The notes: generated by a model not told the origin, from the letters alone. Counted from the first letter of the stretch, positions 1 to 13,341 are shown. The stretch: 64,000 nucleotides of DNA from Octopus vulgaris (GCA_951406725.2 OX597824.1:7378001-7442000), one strand, 5' to 3'. Numbers and translations: made by a program.

Positions 1-701
1 ATAGGCTTCTTTTCAGTTTCCATCTCTGAAATTCACTCACAAGGCTTTGGTCAACATGGGAATCTAGTAAATAACCTCAGATGCAAGGTGCCACACCCCA
101 GCATTGAACGAGAAACCACATAGCTGAAAGAACCATATTCCTAACCACACAGCGATGCCTGAGCCTATATATTCCTGCAAATATTACCAAATTTATCAAG
201 ACTATGAAGGAGGTAGGAGAGAATCATTATTAAGTAGCAAATTTTCATTATATTTCCTCCAAGGGTCATACTACTTAACATTTATATTCTACAGAAAGTA
301 ATAAAGCTGGCAATGGTACTAAATGGAATTCTTAGGTTAAAATCTTTGAAGACATTAATAATGTCTTTCCTGAATCTATGCAGCTGATAGCCATTCATAT
401 ACCAGCATATTAAAAGACCATATCTTCTTTTGTCTTTCCCTTTCCTTCTCCTTTCCTTTCTTTTCATCATTTGTACCTTTGTTCATATAATTACACCACT
501 CTCCATTTCTTCCCACCTTGCACATATACATACATACACAGATACGTATGTATCTTTGATTAAACTTTTAATACTTTTGATATATATTTAAAATAATATA
601 AATTAATTAATTTTATGTATTGGCTTAAGTTTTTCATTGTTTGATTTGCCTAATAGTGGTTTTATCTCTAATTTAATATAATATATATATATATATATGT
701 A

Positions 702-1080
702 GGTGCAGGGGTGGCTGTGTGGTAAGTAGCCTGCTTACCAACCACATGGTTCCAGGTTCAGTCCCACTGCATGGCACCTTGGGCAAGTGTCTTCTACTAT
801 AGCTTCAAGCTGACTAAAGCCTTGTGAGTGGATTTGGTAGACGGAAACTGAAAGAAGCCCATCGTTTGTATATATGTGTGTGTTTGTGTGTGCCTGTCCC
901 CCAACCTTCACTTGACAACCGATGTTGGTATGTTTATGTTCCCAAAACTTAGCAGTTCGGCAAGAGACCGATAGAATAAGTACTAGACTTACAAAGAATA
1001 AGTCCTGGGGTTAAATTGTTCAACTACAGGCGGTGCTCCAGCATGGCCACAGTCAAATGACTGAAACGTGTCAAAGAATA
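702..1080 (+). mobile_element. tRNA-derived SINE with CORE-like segment (family A)
   Basis: Head ggtgcaggggtggctgtgtggtaag (A box) and ggttcagtccc (B box), then ccttgggcaagt, an internal (TA/TG)n tract and a gactgaaac tail. Other copies: about 1-170(-), 8300-8705(-), 16563-16965(+), 24110-24496(-), 29323-29733(+), 35240-35640(-), 51337-51687(+), 63167-63542(-), plus fragments. Confidence 0.85.
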
Positions 1081-1221
1081 TAAACACATCCACATATACA
1101 TAGGCACATGCATGGCTGAGAGGTTAAGCTTAAGGGGTTCAATTTGGTTTCAGGTTCACTCCTGCAGCACAGCAGCTTCAGTAAAAATGTCTTTCCGTAT
1201 AACTCCTTCCTAACTGAAGCC

Positions 1222-1265
<44 letters not shown>

Positions 1266-1324
1266 GCAACAACAATATCAAAAAATACCATAGGAATGAG
1301 AACCCAGGTTCAAAACTTCCCCAA

Positions 1325-1367
1325 GACATCTGATGAAGGCTGGAGAGTATATCAGCCGAAACGTGTT
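1325..1367 (+). ncRNA. Degenerate minimal hammerhead ribozyme motif (Penelope-type)
   Basis: CTGATGA (1330-1336), A, stem II GGCTG...CAGCC, then GAAAC; stems I and III are imperfect in this copy. Confidence 0.5.
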
Positions 1368-2429
1368 AACAACAAAGATGAGGACAAATATCCATCAAAT
1401 GTAAATAATGTAATTAACCTGCTGTGCGTATTCCGGTTTTAGAATAGGATTACAACATTTCTGGGTGTCATAAGGGGTGACTTAAATGTTTGACAAGAGG
1501 AAGGGCATCCAATCATGAAAAATACATTGCCTCAGAAAGACAATCAGACATAAAATCCTGATGATGATGATGATGATAATGATGATGATGACGGTGATGA
1601 TGATGATGATGATGTTGATGTTGATGTTGATGGTGGTGGTGGTGGTGGTGGTGGTTTTAGTGCCGAAACAAAAACTATAAGCACTCGGTAGTAGCAGTGT
1701 CAAAAACAAAAGAACCCTCAGCTTTGAGCACGCAAGTGAATATTTCGAATGAGCCGACAACCAAAGTGGTTTCGATTAATTTTCAAAACGCTCCGAGATC
1801 TTGGAGAGGTTTGAGAAAAATGTCTCAGACTTTATTTACGATGCTTTATTATGCTCAAGTTGACCGGCCTTAATCTCATACGATCAGTCTTCTTTTAACC
1901 ACCACCACTACCATCACCACTGCCACCGCCACCACCACCACCCTCACTGCCGCCCCCACCACCACCGCCATTGCCACTTCCATCACCCCCATCTTTACCT
2001 AAAGAACACCTCTTTTTCATTTTTTTATGCAAAAAGTTCTTGCTTTAAAAATGTTCGTATTTTAAATTAGAACTTGACAACAATTTTGTATAAAAGCCTT
2101 TTTTTTTTCCCTTTTTGTAAAATTATGATCCAAAGAGAAGCTTAGTAGTGATCAAGTCAGTTAGTTTACTAAATCCCTCCAAATTCTTAATTATTTTCGA
2201 AAATTAATTGAAACCCATGGCAGTAGTGGAGGCAGCGAGGAGATGGTGTTGCAGCAGGAATATGATTATGAAAGTGTTAATTAGATTAAGTTCAAGATTT
2301 TCTTTTAAATACGAACACTTTTAGAATGGGACGTCGAAAGCAGGTCGGTTTTACAAGAAGCTATAAAAGAAACGCTAGGCATTTGCAAATTCTAAAACTG
2401 TAAAAAAATAAGGATTTTTTTCTTATTTT

Positions 2430-2446
2430 CTTCTTTCTCCCTCTCT

Positions 2447-2486
<40 letters not shown>

Positions 2487-2490
2487 ATAT

Positions 2491-2522
<32 letters not shown>

Positions 2523-3066
2523 CATCTCTCTCTATTTCTCTCGCCCTTTCAATCTCTCTCTCTCTCTCTATCTCTATCTCTTATCTCTCTTCTTTCTTCT
2601 TTCTCTCTATCTCTCTCTCTCTCTCTCTCTGTCTCGCTCTCTGACTATCTATCTATCTATCTATCTATCTCTCTATCTCTCAATCTCTCTATTTCAATCT
2701 CTCTCTCTCAGTCTCTCTCTTTTTTCTCCTCTCACTATCTCTTCTATCTCTTCTCCCTCTCTCTCTCTCTCCTCTTTCTTCTATCACTCTCCCCCTCTCT
2801 CTATCTATCTATCTATCTCAATCTCTCTCTATTTCTCTCTCCCTTTCAATCTCTCTCTCTCTCTCTCAATTTTTCTCTCTGTCTCTCTCTTCTCTCTCCT
2901 CTCAATATCTCTTCTCTCTCTCTCTCTATCTACCTATCTTTATATCTCTCAATCTCTCACTATTTCTCTCTCCCTTTTAATCTCTCTCTTCTCTCTTTTC
3001 TCACTAACTCTTCTCTCTCTCTCTCCTCTTTCCTCTCTCTCTCTCCATCACTCTCTCTTTTCCTCT
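2430..3066. repeat. (CT)n/(CTAT)n/(TA)n low-complexity tract directly after the exon 12 donor
   Basis: About 630 bp of mostly pyrimidine-only plus strand. Confidence 0.95.
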
Positions 3067-3069
3067 TAC

Positions 3070-3251
3070 CTTCTACAGCATTAGCCGGGGCTTTCTTACA
3101 TTCAACCATTTCTTCTTTTCCATCGTCAGCTTCACCTCCTTCGATCAGAAACTGCACACTTTTCACTATTTCCATTAGGCAATGGAATGCGAGAGACAGC
3201 CCATAGCCTTCAGATATCGGTGGCGGTTCAATCTTATCTAGCATCTCTAAA
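3070..3251 (-). CDS. MON2: MON2 coding exon 12: (F)[60 protein letters not shown]; gene continues beyond the window start
   Basis: cttacag| acceptor completes the phase-2 codon from exon 11; G|gtaaga donor; LEMLDKxEPPxIxEGY...AFHCL motif. Confidence 0.94.
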
Positions 3252-3352
3252 CTGTAAGAAAAAAAGATTAAAAAAAAAAATACAAAATTAGAAATTAAAA
3301 TTCAAAAACATGGAAAATTTCCAAGAGTTTCAGTAAATATGGTAGAGATGCA

Positions 3353-4232
3353 CAGCAATCCCTTGGCTATTGGGGGTGTTACGTTCCAAAACCCCTGCAA
3401 TAGGTGAAAATCCATGAAGTAGAAACAGTACTGTACTGTGTATTTTTTAAAATTATTTTTATAGTTTGTATATATTTATTTTATTAGAAATGCAAAATAA
3501 CACCATGCAGGGATTGACATATGCTTAAATAATAAACCACAATAGGTGAACTGTGATAGTTGAACATTGATAGGTGAACCGCGATAGGTGAACCGCGATA
3601 GGTGAACCGCGATAGGTGAACCGCGATAGGTGAACCGCGATAGGTGAACCGCAATAGGTGAACTGCGATAGGTGAACCGCAATAGGTGAACCGTGATAGG
3701 TGAACCATGATAGGTGAACCATGATAGTTGAACCATGATAGGTGAACCATGATAGGTGAACCATGATAGGTGAACCACAATAGGTGAACTGTGATAGTTG
3801 AACCATGATAGGTGAACCACGACAGGTGAACCACAATATGTGAACTGTGATAGTTGAACCATGATAGGTGAACCACGACAGGTGAACCACAATAGGTGAA
3901 CTGTGACAGTTGAACCATGATAGGTGAACCACAATAAGTGAACTGCGATAGTTGAACCATGATAGGTGAACCACAATAGGTGAACTGTGATAGTTGAACC
4001 ACGATAGGTGAACCATGATAGATGAACTATGATAGGTGAACCATGATAGGTGAATCGCGATAGTTGAATCACGATAGGTGAACCATGGTAGGTGAACCAT
4101 GATAGGTGAACCGCGATAGTTGAACCACGATAGGTGAACCATGGTAGGTGAGCCATGATAAGTGAACCATGTTCGGTGAATCGTTGTAGGTGAACCACAA
4201 AAGGTGACCCATGGTATTGCAAGGGATTACTG
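3353..4232. mobile_element. Tigger/pogo-like MITE with an internal 14-bp minisatellite
   Basis: Ends cagcaatccctt...aagggattactg|TA (imperfect TIR; TA on the right, CA on the left). About 48 copies of GATAGGTGAACCRY at 3533-4212. Confidence 0.75.
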
Positions 4233-5319
4233 TACTCAGTTTATTAAAACAAAGAGCAGAGATTTGTGGACTTGGAAAGTCTGACAGTTGGATGAAGATG
4301 GCCTAGATAATAATCTTTAACTGAATTGGCTCCTGTGCCGGTGGCACGTAAAAAACACCATTCGAGTGTGATTATTGCCAGTGCTGCCTGACTGGCTCCT
4401 GAGCCGGTGGCACGTAAAAAGCACCATTTGAGCATGATCAATGCCAGTGCTGTCTGACTGGCCTTCGTGCCAGTGGCACATAAAAAGCACCCACTACACT
4501 CTCAGAATGGTTGGCGTTAGGAAGGGCATCTAGCTGTAGAAACTTTGCTAGATCAGAAGATCAGATTGGAGCCTGGTGCAACCTTCTGGCTCACCAGTCC
4601 TCAGTCAAACCGTCCAACCCATGCTAGTATGGAAAGCGGACGTTAAACGACAATGATGATGATGATGTTGAAATAGTTTATCTGGGTAACACTTTTTTAT
4701 TATTATGGGTACATGCTCCATAAGTATTGGGCCTCCAATACTTATGGAGCAGAGAAGGAAGGTATTTTCAAACCAGAAATCAGGCTTCAGTGCTTGCAAC
4801 GGAGATAACTCTATCAAAGACATCAACAGTGTCAGGTAATGGCATTAAATTGAGTGGTGAATTAAGTCCACCACCCAGGTAGGATTTGGACTCAGAAATA
4901 AGAGACCACAACAAATACTGGAAAGCAATTGGTCAGACATTCTTACTGTTCAGCCAATCCATTGTTCTAGATTGGCGCCTGAACAGATGAAACGCAATGT
5001 TAACCTCAGCAGGATTTGAACTCTGGGAATCAGAACAAATGCTAGAAGACATTCTGTCTGATACTCTAAGGACTCAGCTAATTTGTCCCCTAAGCAGACA
5101 GAATGTTCCAGAATTATGTCATTCTAAGGATAAAAGGATAAAATTTTGTGATTGGAAAGTGAGACAAATCGTGATTATTGATAAGTGATGGGTTCAGAAA
5201 AACACAACAGCAAAAGAATGGCCCAAGATGGGAGTGTGTTGCGGAAATGACAAGGAACTGCTCCCTAATATAACAGAGCACTAAAGATCATTCCTCCTCC
5301 ATGAAACAAAGCTGTTCCT

Positions 5320-5817
5320 GCTGTAATGATATGCATAAGATCTGGTTATCAAATCTAAGTAGAGACTTCAAACTTGAAATCTTCAAAGCCACAGTCGAAC
5401 CAATTCTACTATATGGCTCAGAAACCTGGATGTTATCAAAGAAGCTTGAGAGGCGGTTGGATGGAACTTACACTCGCCTACTTATGAGAGCTCAAAATCT
5501 CTCGTGGAAGCGTCATCCAACCAAAGTACAAATATATGGGAAATTACCACCTGTATCATCTCTTGTGAAAGGTAGAACAGTCCAGTTTGCTGGACATTGT
5601 TGTAGAGTTGAAAATGAGGTAATTTCTACTCTTCTCTTCTGGAAGCCATCTGCTTGCGATACCAGAGGGCGCACACTCTCCTACCCTGATGTAATCCCCA
5701 GGGATACAGACATCCAGTAACAGGACCTCCGTAATGCTATGATGGACCATGAAGTCTGGCGTAACATAGTAAATTCCATTGTCTCGACCACGGTCACACA
5801 ACGATGAATGATGATGA
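5320..5817 (+). mobile_element. RTE-clade LINE 3' fragment
   Basis: ORF 5301-5720 contains ILLYGSETW...RLDGTYTRLL...QFAGHC (post-RT region of RTE elements); (ATG)n tail. Same family at 28150-28495(-); related fragment at 23090-23290(+). Confidence 0.88.
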
Positions 5818-7062
5818 ATATAACAGAAGACACTTGCCCAAGGTGCTACAGAGTGGGACTGAACCCTGAAACCATGAGGTTGGGAAGTGAACTTCTACAA
5901 AGCACAGCCATGCTTAATAGAAGTTGGTCTTGGAATAACAAAGGCTAAAAGACAGGATAAAAAAAGATCTGCAGAAGAGATTAAAGAACAGAGATGTTGT
6001 GATGACATAGATTTATGGCAGCTGTTTAGCTTGTGTATTGCCAGTGTCAAATGAGGTGAAGTAGACAAGTGAAGAGGACATGAAGTGGAGGTCATGGAGG
6101 GAGAGGAGAGATTTTAGTTGGAAACTTCAAAGCAGAAGAACAGTTGTTGGCAATTAGAGAAGGTAGAATGGAGAGAGAAGCAACTGATTGAATTTTGTAT
6201 TGAGATTTTTCTGGGTTTTTTTTATTGTTTCGTTTGTTTGTTTTTTTTTCCTTTTTCTGTATAATTGTGATGTCATGACCAATTTTTCAGGGTCTCTGAA
6301 AACGGAGAGATGAAGTAAGGAAATTTATCTCCAGATTGAAAATTATGCCCAAATGTTTGCAACAAAGTGCACTATGCAAAAGACAGGCAAGGGCCAGGTG
6401 GTGAGTTTGAGCCAGCCCATAGCTTAAGCATAACACCTAAAAAGAGAGGTGGTGCTTCCAATGGATTTCCAAAATGTCTCTGTTTACCAAACCTCACTGA
6501 CAAAGTTCTGGTTGACTTAAGGCTTTCAATACCTATTCCTTTACTACCCACAAGGGGCTAAACACAGAGAGGACAAACAAGGACAAACGGATTAAGTCGA
6601 TTATATCGACCCCAGTGCGTAACTGGTACTTAATTTATCGACCCCGAAAGGATGACAGGCAAAGTCAACCTCAGCGAAATTTGAACAAGGCTTTCAATAC
6701 CAACCTGGTCGAAACTACCTCTGGCTCTGAGTACAAATGTCTGGTTTTCATAAGTTCTGAATTAAAATCTTCCACCAAACTTTAGTCACAATTTATGTTC
6801 CTAACACTAGCTTAATGATAACTAAGTTATTTTACTAAATTCTTTGTTATATTTTGAAATTAATTGAAAGAATCACAGAGCATCTCAACAGAAATATGGT
6901 AACAAAAGGGTTAAGAAGAAAAATAATCAGCAGAAGACATAAGAGAAGGAAACCTCAATGTGGTCACTCTATATGCTAGAAATAATAGCCTAAATTTCCT
7001 TTAATCCACATCCTTCTAACTGCTTCTAATGTGCTTCTGCCCAAATGTAGAGGTGTGTTTAA

Positions 7063-7286
7063 CCCTTTTGATACCAACCCGGCGGAAACCACCTCTGGCT
7101 CTGTAGTACAAATGTCTTGTTTTCAAAAGTTCTGAATTAAAATCTTCCACCAAACCTTAGTCACAATTAATGTTCCTAACACTAGCTTTAATGATAACTA
7201 AGTTATTTTACTAAATTCTTTGTTATATTTTAAATTAATTGAAAGAAACACAGACCATCTCAAACAGAAATATGGTAACAAAAGGG
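7063..7286. mobile_element. piggyBac-type MITE
   Basis: TTAA|CCCTTTTG...CAAAAGGG|TTAA. A neighbouring copy ends at 6910+TTAA, and its 5' end is interrupted by a SINE flanked by the 15-bp duplication aaggctttcaatacc (6519-6533 / 6687-6701). Confidence 0.85.
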
Positions 7287-7973
7287 TTAAGGCTACAGAA
7301 AAAGACAATTCCCCACAGGTGGCACCCACAAGGAACGGGCCTGAAACTATGACTTTCCAAAACAAATCTCTTAAGCACCCAGCCAGGTCAGTGATCCGGG
7401 GAATGAATCATAGATATTCAGAGAGAATTAAATTGTATGATCCATTAGATGAGTTTTTCTGATCAATTTGCTTTTATTGGAATATGTTCCGAGAGGTCAA
7501 TGTTTTCTGATTGATCAACAGGTAATAACCGAGTAGACAGACATTAAGGTGTTTATTATGAAATCCATCTGAAAGATTATAAGCTTAATTGAATCTATTT
7601 ATTTATTTAGAAACGTCAGAAATGTTAAAATGTCTGCTGTGCCATCGTGTGATTCTTTTAGTTCATTCTCATTTCACGACAATTTAAGTGTCTTGTACTA
7701 GTTCCAGACTGACTGATACCTTGGGACCAGAATTGACAGTTGGAAACTGTACAGAAGCCCTGCATGTGTGTGTGTAAATATGTATGTTTACAGTCGTCAA
7801 TGTCTTCAGAGGAAATCGCTTACACAAAAGTGGTGAAATTACGTTGACAATATGCTGCTAAAACAAAAACCCCCTAACTTGAAAACCGGTGTTGGTGTGT
7901 TTATGTCCCTGTAACTTAGCAGTTCAGCAAAAGAGACTGATAGAATCATTGCCAAGCCTAAAAAGAAAATAGT

Positions 7974-8195
7974 GAGTTGTCCAAAAAGTTCGTGCCAACT
8001 TATAGTAGCTTACCTTTCGACTTACCCTCCCAAGCACCTCAATTCAGGGAAGAGGGTATTTTCAAGTTAAAGGAAAGATGGAGATGCATTGTGCAACAAA
8101 ATGGTTCATATTTGGTTGATTAAAAATGTAATGGCAAGTATTTATTGACCTTTTTCTTTCCTTTAAAAATTGGCACAAACTTTCCGGACAACCCA
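7974..8195. mobile_element. mariner-type MITE
   Basis: Imperfect TIRs gttgtccaaaaagttcgtgccaa / ttggcacaaactttccggacaac. Confidence 0.65.
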
Positions 8196-9128
8196 AGAAA
8201 TACTGAGGTCAGTGAGTTCAACTAAAAACTCTTCAAGGCAGTGCCCCAGCATGGCCACAATCTAATGACTGAAACAAGATAAAAGATATATATATATATA
8301 CTCTTTTACCCTTTTACTTGTTTCAGCCATTTCACTGTGGCCATGCTGGAGCACTGCCTTTAGTCGAGCAAATGGACCCCGGGACTTATTCTTTGTAAGC
8401 CCAGTACTTATTCTATCGGTCTCTTTTGCCGAACCGCTAAGTAACGGGGACATAAACACACCAGCATCGGTTGTCAAGCAATGCTAGGGGGACAAACACA
8501 GACACACAAACATATACACACACACACACATATATATATATATACATATATACGACAGGCTTCTTTCAGTTTCTGTCTACCAAATCCACTCACAAGGCAT
8601 TGGTCGGCCCGGGGCTATAGCAGAAGACACTTGCCCAAGATGCCACGCAGTGGGACTGAACCCGGAACCATGTGGTTGGTTAGCAAGCTACTTACCACAC
8701 AGCCATATCATCATCATCATCAACAACAGGAAGAGCATCTAGCTGCACAACAAATACCTGAATAATAATACCAGTTTGTCCGACCTGTACTAACATAGGA
8801 AAGACAGATGTACAACAAACGACGATGACAAGTGGTTCACGAACAAAGATTGAAGAACTCGGGATTCAAGATGTCAAACACACACGAGAATCCGAAATTG
8901 GAAGGGAATCGTAAACTAAAAGAAGGATATTAAATCACTCGCTGCATCAGGAGGCAACACGGTGACAAATGATTGATTTCTTTCGGATATTTGCTTTTTC
9001 TAACTTTAAGTTATCTGACTTGAGACTATTTGTCACAATCTAATTCACGACGAGATTGAAATACAAAGATAAATTATTTCAGCTAGGAAAACCATACAAG
9101 CAAGAAATGTCTTTTTTTCTGCTAAAAT

Positions 9129-9174
<46 letters not shown>

Positions 9175-12100
9175 TCAAATTAACAAAGCAGTTAAAACCA
9201 AAAACAAAAACAACAAATATATATATACACACACACATATATCTATACATACACGTGTGTGTGTGGTGTACATATATATATATATATCTGTGTATTTATA
9301 TCATGATGATAATGATGATGAAGATGATATAAATACATGCGTGAGTATATACATATAGATATGTGTGTGTGTGTATATATGCATGTGTTTATGGGTAGAT
9401 ATGAATTTATGTATATGTAATATATAGACGTGGAGGTGCAATGGCCCAGTGGTTAGGGCAGCAGACAGTGGTTAGTCCATTGTCCATGCTGGTATTGGTT
9501 GGATGGTTTGACCAGAGCTGGCAAGCTGGGGAGCTGCGACAGATTCATCTGATTTGGCATGGTTTCTACAACCGCTCTGAGAGAGTAATAGGTGCTTTTA
9601 CATGCCACTGGCACAGGTGCCATTTGGATGTCTGTGTGTCACAGTATCTGCCATGACAGCAAATTTGCTCCGCTTGATGGGTTTTCTCCTCAAGCACGAC
9701 ATATTGCCAAACATCTTGGTCATTGACTCCGAGAGGCCCAGAGTAGATATATATATATATATATATATATATAAAGAGAGATAGATGTGTATGCATATAT
9801 ATATTATATGAGTGTGTATGTGTGTATAGATACACACACACACATTACAAATGACAGAAGGTATCAACGCTTCCCGTATAAATTAAAAAGATTAATGACA
9901 ACGAATCACTAATGTTACGAGTGATGATATTAATGAGAGGATAATATTTGTTTGTTCCGACAGAGATAAAAGTAATTTATCATATTCCAATGTTTGTTTT
10001 GTTAATACAAGTCAGTTTGTAGCAATGAGTAAATGACGGATATGACACAACAACGAACCAGGAACTGAAGGATTTCGGTAAATGAACAATTTTAAGCCTT
10101 AGCTTCTCCTGGAAGCAGAAACGGTAACACTGACCTCTTAAGCCCTTTACACTGATCTTTATATATTATCTTTTTTCAATATCTTATGAAAGCGTACACA
10201 GCTGTAACTTGCAAGCAAGTATCAGATGTCAGAAAGTACCTTTGTTTTACTAATTATTTTCGATGCTTCCACAGGCGTGCGTGGGTGTAGACATCACCTT
10301 TGGCCCTTGAATCTTTGACCTAGCGGAACATCCAACATATGTGATGGCTGGAAGGGGAAAGGCCAAGCTGGTCCACAGCGGCTACTTATTTTTGACTGGG
10401 TAGACTATGGCAACATGAAAGGAAGTGACTTGCTGAAGGATATAACACACTGCCTATTCCAGGAACTGAACCAGTGCCCTTCTGATATATATATATATAT
10501 CATCATCATCATCATCATCATCGTTTAACGTCCGCTTTCCATGCTAGCATAGGTTGGACATAATACATACACACATATATATATATATATATATACATAC
10601 ATATATATACACACACTATATATATACATATATATACACACACATGTATATATATACATATATATATATACATACATGTATATACATATATATATATATA
10701 TATATATACATACATATATATGCATATACATACATATATATATATATATACATAAATATACATACATATATATATACATACATATATATGCATACATATA
10801 TATACATATATATTCATACATATATATACATATATACACACACACATATATATATGCACATATATACAGCTATAGATATTTATGCATTTGAGTGCATATG
10901 GGATGGTATGAATGTACATTTACTGCCTCTGTGTGTGTGTGCGTGTTTGTGTATATGTGTGTGCGCACGTGTGTAAAGGTGTGATAATGCACAAGTTCGC
11001 AAATGCTGAATTGCCGCAGCAATTTCGAGCAAGCAATTCACTCAAGATATTTGATATAAGTTCAAGAGAAAACATTTTGATTTTACTCCTAACGATACAG
11101 ACATCAATTTCTATTTTTTCTTTTTTATTATTTTTGTAACAAACAATAAAGCAAAAACTACAAAAATAAAAGACCAAATACAAAAAGGATACAATCAAAA
11201 TAGCTGCGAGGCAAGATGATACAGTATGAGAATGGATGAAATGAAAACCCTGTTCAGAATGCATTAAAGTGAAAATAATAAGTCCAGAGTTAACGATTGA
11301 TTTAAACGAGAACCAATACACTTTATTTCTGGTCTTAAATTTGCAAATTAAATTTCCGTGTATGCTTGAACAATTAAAGACATACTAACGTTTTCACAGC
11401 GCATCAAAAATATTGAAATGAACCACTGTGAAACACGATAAAATGCTATTAATTCGGTGAGATATTTTCAATCTCAAAACATCAAAAACTACAATATTAT
11501 AAATTCGATATTTCTACAGTTAAAGCTACGATCAGTTATTGAGGCTGTTTAGATTAAGAACAATAGATGCTGGACACACCTGTAGCAAATTCATCTGAAA
11601 ACTGATTGAAATCACGAGAGTGATCCTAGTTTTCTACAAGAGTAACAACAGATGAAGCATTATTAATAAATGTAAAAAAAAAAAATTCAATTCTCCTTCC
11701 TGTGTTGTTTGTAATTTGGAATTTATTTTCCGTATTGGATGCTTTCACTTGATGCTGAAAATTTTTCGAAATTACACGAACAAAAGTACATATTACGGTT
11801 TTCAACATAAAAAATTATTATTTTTTTCCATCAACTGAAGTGGCAGTTATACCTGAGTTTCTTTCATAAAATATACAGGAACTTAATCAAAAAAACTCAG
11901 CAATTCCGTATTTGTTTATAAACACCCTAAATGCACAAAATGAATTGTTTTTTGTTCATTTTACGCTGCAGCTTTGATATAAAACATCCTTTGCAATCGA
12001 TGAACAACAGCAACGATAGTTACAGGTTTGCAGAAAGCCAACCAGTAATTCACTGCATTATTGATGGTGGAAAAGTGGCAAGGGAGTGTCTGTAATTTGG

Positions 12101-12295
12101 TGCAGAACAAATATCACAAGGGTTCCTTTTTAATATTTATTAATGTATTCATTCATTTATTAATTTTGTTAAGGTGTTTACATCCTTTAGTGATATATAT
12201 AAGTAAACATACACACACACACACGTTTGTGAGCATATATAAATATATAGAATTGAACACACATACACAAGGTAGATATGTTGTTAGTTCATGGT

Positions 12296-12344
<49 letters not shown>

Positions 12345-13118
12345 GGGTTTAGCAACGATTTGCCTCACCACACACCGAATTTAGAAATAGCAGTCAAAAG
12401 GTTTTGGCTATTCTTTCTACTTAAAAGGGAGATCCCAGTAAAACCAAAGCACTTAACTCTACTTGGTGAACTTAATGATTATTTCTAAATTAATTAGTTT
12501 CACCCTTTATTATTGATAATTGTATTTCATCCCAGTAAAAAAACTGTAGCATCTTATTTTGGCAGCACGCTGGTGGAAGGGGGATGGTGACATACTTTCA
12601 TTCACCCTTTGAATTTGGCGGTACTGGTAATGACTTACGCTCGCTCTGATACCATGAGTTGAGGTGATGTCTTCTAGTGCCTTCAAATTTAATACACAAT
12701 TATTAATAATTGAGACGCAATTATTTATAATTGAAGAGTCCTACGCTGAGGAGGAAAATAGTCAGGTAAGACATAATTACTTAATTTTTATGCTCTGCAA
12801 TGACTTAATTCCGAAACGTGCGTCCGTAGGTGACTTAATATAGAATGATTTTCGTCATTTCTTTCTCTTTTGCCTGCGTCATTTGCTTTTTTAAGTGCTT
12901 TGGTTTTACTGGGATCTCCCTTTTAAGTAGAAAGAATAGCCAAAACTTTGTGACTGCTATTTCTAAATTTGGTGTGTGGTGAGGCAAATCGTTGCTAAAC
13001 CCTTAATTACTTAGTGTTACTTAAACCTTCCTTGAATGGGGCTTTTACATGCCGAACTCTACTTGGTGAAATTGATGATTATTTCTAAATTAATTAGTTT
13101 CACCCTTTATTATTGATA
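12345..13118 (+). mobile_element. Penelope-like element remnant (inverted pseudo-LTR arrangement)
   Basis: 112-bp inverted repeat (12345-12456 / 12891-13002), 64-bp direct repeat (12455-12518 / 13055-13118), an internal hammerhead, and (TA)n flanks. Confidence 0.7.
12740..12830 (+). ncRNA. Type I hammerhead ribozyme motif
   Basis: Stem I CCTACG/CGTAGG; core CTGAGGA; stem II GGAA..AGTCA/TGACT..TTCC; GAAA; short stem III AC-GTGC-GT; predicted cleavage after GTC at 12824. Confidence 0.75.
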
Positions 13119-13290
13119 TATATATATATATATATATATATTTTCAGCAAAATTTAGATTCAAATGAATATGGGACTTAAGTCAGATGCAACAGAATTTT
13201 GTACGGTGTTATCCATATAAATCTATGGGGTGATTATAATCAAAGAAAGCAACAAGAATATATTCGGTAATTCTTGTTGCTTACTTTGAT

Positions 13291-13341
<51 letters not shown>

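Noticed and set aside
1-3069. Further MON2 exon (expected W..MV..CW.GLLAALSLLL region)
   Set aside because: I found no matching minus-strand frame; the next exon probably lies outside the window.
3476-4222. Three overlapping 172-248 aa ORFs
   Set aside because: They are translations of a 14-bp minisatellite that is open in all three minus frames.
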